DNA of 64,000 nt from an uncultured delta proteobacterium (GTDB taxonomy: Bacteria > Desulfobacterota > RBG-13-43-22), in contig CAWBOS010000010.1 of NCBI GenBank assembly GCA_963790475.1, positions 896,001 to 960,000 of the forward strand. Direction: 5' to 3'. The translations under genes were made by a program, and so were the position numbers. The notes under the pieces were generated by a model, which was given only the letters and a program-made list of their open reading frames with translations, was not told the origin of the DNA and did not search any database. Each line of letters begins with the position of its first letter. Positions within the stretch are counted from its first letter, which is position 1. Positions 41,531 to 50,457 of the stretch are shown here, one piece after another.

Positions 41531-42019
41531 ATGGTATCTAATAAGGGTTTAAAGGTATGGGGATGGACTATAGTCTGTATTGGTTTATTGGGGTTCATGC
41601 TGGGTTGTGGGAGTGTCCTGCAGGAACAAAAAAAGGAATCTTCTACCGGAATGACAACTCCCCCGTCCCAAGGCGCCAAAAAACTGGATCGACCTGATGC
41701 CAGATATTACGATTTTGAAGATATCCAGATCCCCAACGAACTCAAGTTGGATACCAAAAATTCGCGAGTTTTTCAATCTCCCAACCTGATGGCCGGGGTC
41801 CTGGTTTTTGATGGTTATGTGGAAGTGAAATCCTTGACCAATTTTTTTAAAGACGCCATGGCCAAGGACAACTGGCAGGCCAAAGGTAGTTTTAAATTAC
41901 CCCCTAAGACGGTTTTGCTGTTTGAAAAAAAGAACAAAAGGAGTGTCTTTTTTATTGAAGAAACCATGTTCAATACCCACGTTGAAATTTGGATGATCCC
42001 AACCCAGGAGGGAGTGTAG
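41531..42019 (+). CDS. Lipoprotein, unknown function
   Basis: Lipobox MLGC; YYDFEDIQIP. Confidence 0.7.
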   Translation: MVSNKGLKVWGWTIVCIGLLGFMLGCGSVLQEQKKESSTGMTTPPSQGAKKLDRPDARYYDFEDIQIPNELKLDTKNSRVFQSPNLMAGVLVFDGYVEVKSLTNFFKDAMAKDNWQAKGSFKLPPKTVLLFEKKNKRSVFFIEETMFNTHVEIWMIPTQEGV

Positions 42020-42113
42020 AAGGAACAGCAAACCTCGAAAATGTAACAGATGCGATTGACTTGAGGCCAATGCTAAAGTTAAGGCTGAAAATGATAGGAA
42101 AGAATAAGACCCT

Positions 42114-43334
42114 ATGAGTCCTCTGCTTAAAGACCGGCATATCGTTTTGGGGATCAGCGGCGGGATAGCCGCTTATAAGGCCGTTGAACTGTTGCGCCGT
42201 CTTTCGGATGAAGAAGCCCAGGTGGCGGTGGTCATGACTCGAAACGCCCAACGGTTCATCACCCCTTTGACTTTTCAGGCCTTGACTCCTTATGGGGTCT
42301 ACTGCGATCTTTTCGATTCTTATCGTCCCGGGGCCATGGATCACATCCAATTGGCCGGATGGGCGGACCTGATCGTTCTGGCTCCAGCCACAGCCAACTT
42401 GATCGCCAAAGCAACTCACGGCCTGGCGGATGATCTGCTTTCCACCTTCCTTTTGGCTTGTCCGGCCCCCAAGTTATTTTGTCCGGCCATGAATGTTCGG
42501 ATGTTCGAAAACCCGGTTGTCCAGGCCAATTTAAGTTCACTAAAAAAATATGGGAATCGAGTTTTGGAACCTTCCTCTGGTCCTTTGGCTTGCGGACAGA
42601 CCGGGCCGGGACGTTTGCCGGACCCGGAGACTATCATCGAAGAGGTCCTCGGACTGCTCTCTCCTCAAGATCTGAAAGGGGAAAAGGTTTTAATCACCGC
42701 CGGTTGTACCTGGGAAGCTATTGATCCGGTTCGATTCATTGCCAACCCTTCCACCGGCAAGATGGGGTTTTCTTTGGCCCGGATGGCGCGCAGGCGGGGT
42801 GCCCAGGTTACCTTGATTACCGGCCCTACCCACCTGGAATCGGTGCCCGGTGTTTCTACCATCCGGGTAACCTCGGCCCTGGAAATGGAAAAAAAGGTTT
42901 GGAAGGCTTTCCCCCAAGCCACCATAGTAATCAAGGCAGCGGCCGTTTCCGATTATCGCCCTCAGACAGTTGTCCCCCATAAGATCAAAAAGAAGGGGCA
43001 AACCCAACTCCATTTGACCTTAATCCAAAACCCGGATATCCTTCGCCGGTTGGGAAGAAATAAAAAAAATCAATTTCTGGTAGGTTTTGCCGCCGAAACT
43101 GACGATCTCATTAATAATGCCCTTCAAAAGTTGAAAGAAAAAAACCTGGATATGATCGTGGCCAACCCCATCGGAAAGCCGGATGCCGGTTTTGGCTGGG
43201 ATACGAATCAGGTCCTTTTACTTTTTCCCGATGGAAAAACCAAGTCATTGCCGGTGATGCTCAAGGATGAAGTGGCCGGGCTCATTTTCGACAATATTCT
43301 CCATCACCAAAAAAAGAAACCCGGAAAATCGTAA
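42114..43334 (+). CDS. coaBC: Bifunctional phosphopantothenoylcysteine decarboxylase/ligase
   Basis: GGIAAYKA, APATAN, PAMN, DPVRFIAN.STGKMG, GFAAET. Confidence 0.96.
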   Translation: MSPLLKDRHIVLGISGGIAAYKAVELLRRLSDEEAQVAVVMTRNAQRFITPLTFQALTPYGVYCDLFDSYRPGAMDHIQLAGWADLIVLAPATANLIAKATHGLADDLLSTFLLACPAPKLFCPAMNVRMFENPVVQANLSSLKKYGNRVLEPSSGPLACGQTGPGRLPDPETIIEEVLGLLSPQDLKGEKVLITAGCTWEAIDPVRFIANPSTGKMGFSLARMARRRGAQVTLITGPTHLESVPGVSTIRVTSALEMEKKVWKAFPQATIVIKAAAVSDYRPQTVVPHKIKKKGQTQLHLTLIQNPDILRRLGRNKKNQFLVGFAAETDDLINNALQKLKEKNLDMIVANPIGKPDAGFGWDTNQVLLLFPDGKTKSLPVMLKDEVAGLIFDNILHHQKKKPGKS

Positions 43335-44044
43335 TGGGTCCAGGTCCTGATCAAGCCAACCTCGGCCGGTTCGTAGGACAGCTCAAAGAATATTTTGAAT
43401 TCCAAAAAAGCCGGGGGAAGCAATTTTTTCCTAAGTCTGAAAAAAATCCAGATGCCCCCATTCTCAGGGTGGACACACATGGACAGTACCAGTCTTTCGC
43501 GGCCTTATCCCGGGCCATCGTTGAATGTCAAAATTGCCTTCTGGCCCGAAATCGAAGGCAAGCCGTCCCTGGACAGGGCCCCCAAAATTCACGTTTGATG
43601 TTTATTGGGGAAGGTCCGGGTTTTGAAGAAGACCAAAAAGGCCGTCCTTTTGTCGGCCCGGCAGGCCAACTGTTGACGAAGATGATCCAGGCGATTAACT
43701 TGTCCCGGGAGGAAGTCTACATTACTAATGTCGTTAAATGCCGACCCCCGGAGAACCGTGTCCCTTTTGATAGTGAGATTGAGGTTTGCCGATCATTCCT
43801 GGAAGAAGAGATTCGTCTGGTTGATCCCCGAATCCTTGTGCCCCTGGGTAGTTGTGCGGCCCAAACCTTAACCCGATCAAAAAAGAAGATATCCGACTTG
43901 CGCGGCCACACATTGGATTTCAAGGGCAGGCGGCTCATAGCCACCTATCACCCGGCGTATCTCCTCAGAAACCCTGGGGCCAAAAGAGAGGCCTGGGAAG
44001 ACCTGAAAAGGGTAAGGCGGGAGTATGATGGATTGGAAAAATAA
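43334..44044 (+). CDS. Uracil-DNA glycosylase family 4
   Basis: CQNC, GEGPGFEED, KCRPPENR, YHPAYLLR. Confidence 0.93.
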   Translation: MGPGPDQANLGRFVGQLKEYFEFQKSRGKQFFPKSEKNPDAPILRVDTHGQYQSFAALSRAIVECQNCLLARNRRQAVPGQGPQNSRLMFIGEGPGFEEDQKGRPFVGPAGQLLTKMIQAINLSREEVYITNVVKCRPPENRVPFDSEIEVCRSFLEEEIRLVDPRILVPLGSCAAQTLTRSKKKISDLRGHTLDFKGRRLIATYHPAYLLRNPGAKREAWEDLKRVRREYDGLEK

Positions 44045-45470
44045 ATTGCGGAATGCGGATTGCGGATTGCTGAGTAACCGGTACTGGATATCAGATACCG
44101 GATTCCGACCCCGGTCTGTTATCGGGCATCAGACATCGGGTACCGATCATCTTTTTTCGTCATTCATTCCCCATCCCTCGTCCGTCATTAGCGTCCTTCT
44201 TTTCATCGGGATTTTATTGTCATTCGTTTGTTCTGCTCAATCCGCTGAAAAACCACCCATCTATGTCATTACCATTGCCAGCTCCATAAACCCTCCCGTG
44301 GCCGATTTTATCAATAGGGCCATTGCCAAGGCGGAAAAAGACAAAGCAGCCGCTTTGGTCATCCAATTGGATACCCCCGGAGGACTGGATACTTCGATGA
44401 GGGCCATCGTCCAGGGGATATTGAACGCCCAAATTCCGGTTTTGGTCTTTGTCGCCCCCAGCGGGGCCCGCGCGGCCTCGGCCGGGGTCGTGATCGTCCT
44501 GGCGGCTGACTTGGCGGCCATGTCCCCAGGAACCAATATCGGGGCCGCCCATCCGGTCAATGTGGGCGGGAAAGATATCGATAAAACCATGGCCCAAAAG
44601 GTGGAAAAGGACATGGTGGCCTATGTCCGCAGTATCGCCGATCAACGGCAGCGAAATGCCGACTGGGCTGAAGCGGCGGTTTTAAAAAGTGAATCCATCA
44701 CGGCTGAAAAGGCCTTGGAATTAAAAGTGATTGATCTGATCGCCAAGGACCTAACGGATTTGCTGGAAAAGGCCGATGGCCGGCAGATTACCACCTCCAA
44801 GCAGCCCAAAACCATAAAGACCAAAGGATTACCGGTTATTCACCTCAAAGAAAATTTTCGAGACCGTATTCTTCGGACCATCAGTGACCCCAATATCGCT
44901 TATGTCCTGATGATGCTGGGGATGATGGGTATCTTTTTTGAATTAATTCACCCCGGGGGTATTTTCCCTGGAGTCATCGGCGGAATTTCTCTGATCTTGG
45001 CCTTCTTTGCCCTGTCAACTTTGCCGGTCAATTACGCCGGGATCCTCTTAATCCTTTTGTCTATTATTTTTTTTATTGCCGAGGTTAAGGTGATCAGCCA
45101 TGGTTTGTTGACCATTGCCGGAATCTTTTCTTTGACCCTCGGCTCTCTGATGTTATTTAAAACAACGGAGGGACAAATGGGGCTTTCTCTTCAGATTCTG
45201 ATTACCACAGTTCTGGTTATCTCTGCATTTTTTATCCTGGTCATTTCCCTGGCCGTCAAGGCCTACCGGCGGAAGCCCCAGACCGGGGACCAGGGAATTT
45301 TGAAGGAGGTCGGGCGGGTGCATCAAAAGATTGCTCCCGGTCATCCCGGCAAAGTGTTCGTTCATGGAGAAATCTGGAATGCAATCTCCGATGAAATTTG
45401 TGAACCGGGAGAAATGGTGGAGGTGGTGGGCTTGGAGCACCTGTTGTTGAAAGTGAAACGAAAGATATAG
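44025..45470 (+). CDS. nfeD: NfeD-family membrane-bound serine protease
   Basis: LDTPGGL, ARAASAG, IGAAHPV, GEIWNA; adjacent to an SPFH gene. Confidence 0.9.
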   Translation: MMDWKNKLRNADCGLLSNRYWISDTGFRPRSVIGHQTSGTDHLFSSFIPHPSSVISVLLFIGILLSFVCSAQSAEKPPIYVITIASSINPPVADFINRAIAKAEKDKAAALVIQLDTPGGLDTSMRAIVQGILNAQIPVLVFVAPSGARAASAGVVIVLAADLAAMSPGTNIGAAHPVNVGGKDIDKTMAQKVEKDMVAYVRSIADQRQRNADWAEAAVLKSESITAEKALELKVIDLIAKDLTDLLEKADGRQITTSKQPKTIKTKGLPVIHLKENFRDRILRTISDPNIAYVLMMLGMMGIFFELIHPGGIFPGVIGGISLILAFFALSTLPVNYAGILLILLSIIFFIAEVKVISHGLLTIAGIFSLTLGSLMLFKTTEGQMGLSLQILITTVLVISAFFILVISLAVKAYRRKPQTGDQGILKEVGRVHQKIAPGHPGKVFVHGEIWNAISDEICEPGEMVEVVGLEHLLLKVKRKI

Positions 45471-45587
45471 GGAATAAAATCAAAAAAGGGAGAAGAATGA
45501 GGCCTGATAAGAACTCTGGGCGACATTAGGTCTTCGGAAATCCACAATTAATATCCAAAATCCACAACCAAAAGAGAGGAGTCTATC

Positions 45588-46352
45588 ATGTACACCCTGG
45601 CTGCCATTGTCGTTTTATTGATCTTTTTTTTAAGCAGCGCTGTACGCATTTTAAACGAATATGAAAGAGGTGTTATTTTCCGCTTAGGTAGAATACTGGG
45701 GGCCAAAGGACCGGGTTTGATTCTCCTGATTCCCATTATTGACAAAATGATTAAAGTGGATCTACGAACGGTGACCATGGATGTACCTCCGCAGGATGTC
45801 ATTACCCGCGACAATGTCTCGGTTAAAGTCAATGCTGTAGTCTACTTCCGGGTCATGGATGCCGTAAAGGCCACGATTGAAGTTCAGCAATATCTTTACG
45901 CCACTTCTCAATTGGCCCAGACTACGTTGCGAAGTGTCTGCGGTCAGGCGGAGTTGGATAAGATCCTGTCGGAACGGGAAAAAGTCAATACGGAAATTCA
46001 AGAGATCCTGGATATGCATACCGATCCCTGGGGAATAAAGGTGACGGTCGTCGAAGTCAAACAGATTGACTTGCCGCAGGAAATGCAGCGGGCCATGGCT
46101 AAACAGGCCGAGGCCGAACGGGAACGTAGGGCCAAGGTCATCAATGCCGAAGGGGAGTTCCAGGCCGCCTCGCGGATGGCCGATGCCGCCGGCATCATTG
46201 AGGCCCACCCGATTGCCCTTCAACTTCGCTATCTCCAGACCTTACGAGAAGTGGCTTCGGAACATAATTCAACGACCCTTTTCCCCATCCCCATTGATCT
46301 ATTTAAGCCGTTTTTAAAAATGGCGGAATTAGCCGAACCAAAAAAAGGGTAG
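45588..46352 (+). CDS. SPFH/band 7 (slipin) protein
   Basis: [38 protein letters not shown]. Confidence 0.95.
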   Translation: MYTLAAIVVLLIFFLSSAVRILNEYERGVIFRLGRILGAKGPGLILLIPIIDKMIKVDLRTVTMDVPPQDVITRDNVSVKVNAVVYFRVMDAVKATIEVQQYLYATSQLAQTTLRSVCGQAELDKILSEREKVNTEIQEILDMHTDPWGIKVTVVEVKQIDLPQEMQRAMAKQAEAERERRAKVINAEGEFQAASRMADAAGIIEAHPIALQLRYLQTLREVASEHNSTTLFPIPIDLFKPFLKMAELAEPKKG

Positions 46353-46476
46353 GGGAGAAAGCTGGAATACTTTTTGGCTCAAAAATCAAAGTTAAAAAGC
46401 CCTTTGTTATCCCACTTTTAACTTTGTGATTTGAGCCGCAAGGATATACTATATAATTCAAAGGAGAAGATTGAAT

Positions 46477-46806
46477 ATGGCTAAAAAAGAAAGGGCTGAG
46501 AAAAAAGAAAAACCCCTGGAGAAAATGACGGCCAAGGAACTACGCGATGTGGCCATGACCATTCCTGAGATATCCGGTGTTTATGGAATGAATAAAGAGG
46601 AAGTCCTGACGGCCGTCAAAAAGGCCCGTGGAATTAAAGAAACCCCGGTTAAGAAAGGGGACCGATCCATGCGCCAGTTGAAAGAAAAGGTCAAGGAATT
46701 ACGGGGAAAGAAACTTGAATATCAAGAGAAAAACGATAAAAAAGCGGTCAATCAATTGAGACGCCGGATCGGGCGGCTGAAGAAGAAGACCCGGAAGGCA
46801 GCCTAA
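46477..46806 (+). CDS. Small basic protein with Rho-N-like domain
   Basis: LEKMTAKELR...GMNKEE, Lys-rich. Confidence 0.7.
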   Translation: MAKKERAEKKEKPLEKMTAKELRDVAMTIPEISGVYGMNKEEVLTAVKKARGIKETPVKKGDRSMRQLKEKVKELRGKKLEYQEKNDKKAVNQLRRRIGRLKKKTRKAA

Positions 46807-46814
46807 TACATAAA

Positions 46815-46893
46815 AAGGTCCAAGGTTTAAGGTTAAAGGTTAAAAGGAAAACCACAAAACCATAAAACCTTAAACCTTGGACCTTAAACCTTA
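46815..46893. repeat. Heptamer tandem/inverted repeat (AAGGTTA)n...(TAAACCT)n
   Basis: Seen directly. Confidence 0.75.
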
Positions 46894-46903
46894 GGACGTA
46901 TTT

Positions 46904-48178
46904 GTGAAAACCCTTTCTATCCCCTACGGCGCTATAACCCTGCCACTTCAAATCCCCGAAGAACATTGGGGAGAGCTTCTTGCGCCTTTGGAAGTCCATC
47001 CCGTTTCTTTTGAAAATGGATTACTGCGAGCAATCGAAAACCCGCTGGATTCCCCTTCTTTGACTGAATTTCTGAAGGGCTGCCGATCATTGCTGGTTCT
47101 TATTAATGACGAGACCCGGCCAACCCCGACCGGCCGGGTTTTGGAATTTCTCTGGTCTGAAATTTCCGCCTGCCCAATGAAGATCATGGTGGCCACCGGG
47201 ACTCACAAAAGAAGCAGCGAAGAAGGTTGCCGAGGTATCTTTGGTCCCTTATGGGAGGAAGTCAACAAAAGGCTCCTGTTTCATGACTGCCGGCAGGAAG
47301 GAGGGATGATCTTTCTTGGAGAAACCTCCAGAGGGACAAGAGTCCTGGTCAATCAAGAGATTATGTTGGCCGATCGATTGCTGGTCATCGGTTCCGTGGA
47401 GCCCCATTACTTCGCCGGCTATACCGGCGGGCGAAAAGGTGTTATCCCCGGCGTGGCTGCCTATTCGACCATAGTGGCCAATCATTCTCTGGCTATGGAT
47501 CTAAACGCCCGGCCCCTCCGTCTGGCAGGCAACCCGGTCCATGAAGACCTGGAAGAGGCCTTGCGTTTATTGACCATCCCTCCCATCTTCTCCTTGATGC
47601 TGGTTTTGACCCCGGAGCACCAACTCTATGCCGCTTACAGTGGATCGATACCGGAAACCTTGGTTCAGGCCGCTCAACAGGCCGATGAGGTCTTTACCCT
47701 CCCTTTTCAACAAAAAGCGGATATCTTAATCAGCGTGGTATTACCCCCTTTGGATCTCGATCTTTATCAATCTCAAAAGCCGATTGAACATGGTAAAATA
47801 GCCTTAAAGGATGATGGAATCCTGATTCTGGTCATGCCCTGTCCTCAAGGGCCTGGGCCCGCTGATTTTCAATATCTGATGTTGCAGACCGGGAACCCGG
47901 AGAAAGCCAGGGCTTTGCTTGAACAACCTTACCGCTTGGGCGACCATCGCATAACCCGGAACTTGAGATTCCTGGAGCAGGGAGGGCAGGTCTGGGGTAT
48001 AACCGATCTAAATCCCCTTTTCTTATCTCAGACTTTTATCCGGCCCAGACCTTCGCTTCAAAAAGCGGTGGATATGGCCCTGGCCCAGAAAGGAAAGAAG
48101 GCCAAGGTGAGCGTCCTGCTTAACGCCGGCCTTTGTGTGCCGAAACAACAAATGGCCGGTTCTTTTCCGACCGGTTGA
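46904..48178 (+). CDS. larA: LarA-family nickel-pincer racemase/epimerase
   Basis: NDETRPTPT, ATGTH, EPHYFAGYTGGRK, NPVHED, DLYQSQK. Confidence 0.85.
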   Translation: MKTLSIPYGAITLPLQIPEEHWGELLAPLEVHPVSFENGLLRAIENPLDSPSLTEFLKGCRSLLVLINDETRPTPTGRVLEFLWSEISACPMKIMVATGTHKRSSEEGCRGIFGPLWEEVNKRLLFHDCRQEGGMIFLGETSRGTRVLVNQEIMLADRLLVIGSVEPHYFAGYTGGRKGVIPGVAAYSTIVANHSLAMDLNARPLRLAGNPVHEDLEEALRLLTIPPIFSLMLVLTPEHQLYAAYSGSIPETLVQAAQQADEVFTLPFQQKADILISVVLPPLDLDLYQSQKPIEHGKIALKDDGILILVMPCPQGPGPADFQYLMLQTGNPEKARALLEQPYRLGDHRITRNLRFLEQGGQVWGITDLNPLFLSQTFIRPRPSLQKAVDMALAQKGKKAKVSVLLNAGLCVPKQQMAGSFPTG

Positions 48179-48254
48179 GTGATCGAATAAAGGCACTTAA
48201 TCCCTCATGGGCCAGGCGGCTGCCCTTCTTTTCCTCTCCCTTATTTCGATCATT

Positions 48255-48762
48255 TTAGTCGTACCCTATCGACCAGTTCTGCCAAATCGAGAACTTTGAG
48301 CTGATCCTCCCGACCTTCGACTTAATCGCGTTGTCCAACATCCTGGCGCATTGGGGACAGGCCACCGCTATGATCTCAGTTGCGGTCTCCAGGGCCTCCC
48401 GGACGCGGACGCGGGCCGGACGGTCTTCCCCCGGCCCGATGATGTCGGTAAGAGAGCTTTGAAAAACGTCCCCCTTTGCCCAATTTCTGCGTCAGACTCA
48501 AATTTTAATCCTCGAAATACTAAATGTATTCCTGTGGTTAAAATTTTCGTCTTCCTTGACCTTGAACAAAATTAAACGTTTTTCAAAGGTCTCGGTAAAG
48601 AAGTTACCCCCGCCTCCTCCGCATCAAAAGGCATTTCCCTTATTCCGGCGCATTTCTATGAATTCGAGGCCGGGGATACTTTTTAATATTTCGCGTAGGG
48701 GCCCATAAATTTGATTGTGCCGACCCAGACAACACGGATCATGATAAGTCACCTTGGCTCGC
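48255..48762 (-). pseudogene. C-terminal CCG-domain remnant of an HdrD-like Fe-S protein with in-frame UGA and MITE insertion
   Basis: KVTYHDPCCLGRHN...NAF-UGA-CGGGGGNFFT|DIIG...VACPQC once 48452-48593 and one TSD copy are removed. Confidence 0.75.
48452..48593. mobile_element. 142-bp MITE with terminal inverted repeats and 5-bp target duplication
   Basis: GAGAGCTTTGAAAAACGT...ACGTTTTTCAAAGGTCTC; GGTAA repeated at 48447-48451 and 48594-48598. Confidence 0.85.
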
Positions 48763-48807
48763 TTGGCCCCCCGGCTTTCACCGGGGGGACGACTTTTTAC
48801 TGGACCT

Positions 48808-49572
48808 TCATTCTTTCTTTCTTGGATAATAGTTGGCCAGCATAGGATTGGGATCAACATAAGCCCCAATACTTGAGATGGGATACTTGAAGCCGATTTT
48901 CCCTAAAATGGCCAAGCCCTCGATGGCCCGATCCATATCCGAGGGCGGCAAGGCGATAACGATCTCCTCATCTTTTACCTGCCCCATGGAGCGTTCCCCG
49001 TAACAAGGAATAGCCAGGGAAGGTTTCCCGGTATTATAACATTGACCCAGCGAATCGACACAGGCTCCTTCTCCAATAAAATGAAACTCGAATCGCTCAT
49101 AATGAACCTTTTGCAGTCCGCACATCAGCATCATGAGCTGTGCCGGATTACCGTAAATCAGGATAACCTCCGGATCAAGGTTACCCTTGGCCAGAGGACC
49201 TATGACGATCGCCTCCCCGGGCGGAATCCTGGGGTAATCGTCCTGTTGCCTCCGACCTTCCTCAACCGATGGCATCCAGGTCCGGGAAAGCATTTTGGCT
49301 TCCTGCATCATAGCTTTCTCATCGGTAGCCAGCAGCCCGTGAATGCGTTTACAGCGTTCCCCGATGTTGTCTTCACTGGTCAATCCGATGGTTAAACCTC
49401 CGACTCTGGCCATAAAGGGGATCTGACAAAACATGGCGGGTCGGGTCCAGTGCATGACTCCCGGAACACTCTCCAATTCAGCGGACTTTTCAAAACGTCT
49501 ATAGCCGAGCGGTTCGCTTGAAAGACAGAGTTTTTCCTTTAATATTTTGCTTTTTTCAGCCCAGTTTTCCAT
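48808..49572 (-). CDS. DUF169 family protein
   Basis: FCQ, DPEVILIYGNPAQLM, GEGAC, PCYGER. Confidence 0.85.
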   Translation of the reverse strand: MENWAEKSKILKEKLCLSSEPLGYRRFEKSAELESVPGVMHWTRPAMFCQIPFMARVGGLTIGLTSEDNIGERCKRIHGLLATDEKAMMQEAKMLSRTWMPSVEEGRRQQDDYPRIPPGEAIVIGPLAKGNLDPEVILIYGNPAQLMMLMCGLQKVHYERFEFHFIGEGACVDSLGQCYNTGKPSLAIPCYGERSMGQVKDEEIVIALPPSDMDRAIEGLAILGKIGFKYPISSIGAYVDPNPMLANYYPRKKE

Positions 49573-49711
49573 AGCTCTTCTCCTTTGTTCCTCATTTTAA
49601 GTAACGTTATTCTTAATTTTCCATAGCTTAGAAATGATGGAATTTTTACCAAGCCGTTAAAAATAGTTCTGTCTGTCATTGGTATAATAATCTAAAATCC
49701 TCAGGATCAAC

Positions 49712-50242
49712 CTAGTCGACGGCCTGAGGAACAAGGCAGAACGTTGTAATCTGGTCGAAGCCGCTGTGACCACCGCCCTCTGTTCCCGAGACGACAACGG
49801 CATCGGCCCCAGCCTGCTCGGCTTTCCTGGCGTGTTTTACAGTGGAGCATACGTGAATCACCTTGATACCGGCTCTTTTTAGGATAGGGGTGTAAACTGC
49901 CGGGTTACCTTGAGAAACGATAGCCACCGGTATCCGCTCACTGAGTCCGACTTTCAGGCATTGATCACTGAAGTCCCGGTCCAGTCCGGGGACACCGACT
50001 ACGAAATTAACCACAAAAAGTTTATCCGTTAATTTTCGAAATTTTTTAATCTGTTCCCTGAGTCGTTCTCCTGTTTCAAGGACATCGGTAGTTACTGTTT
50101 GAAACCCGGCATTCGGCCCAATGGTGCCGAGCGCTCCGGCTTCGGAGACGGCAGCTGCGAGATCGGCATCCGTGATCCAAGCCATAGGCGCCAGCACAAT
50201 GGGGTAGGTGATCCCTAACATTTCAGTGATTCTGGTTTTCAT
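49712..50242 (-). pseudogene. Nitronate monooxygenase/FabK-like flavoprotein, 3'-truncated
   Basis: MKTRITEMLGITYPIVLAPM...GTEGGGH; stops at LVPQAVD, about half the usual length. Confidence 0.8.
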
Positions 50243-50457
50243 TTATCTGATCCTTTTTAGAGAGCAAAAGGATTTATTGACCGAGGTGATGCCTCAAAAG
50301 CCCTTAAATACCGGTTCCCTTTTCTCCTGGAAAGCTTTCGCTCCTTCTTTGAAATCTTCACTTTCAAATTGAGGTCGGACAAATTGCTTAAATTCTCTCT
50401 CGGCCTGTGCTACCGGAGTGTCCATTATTTTGTACATCCCGTATTTAATGATCCTTA

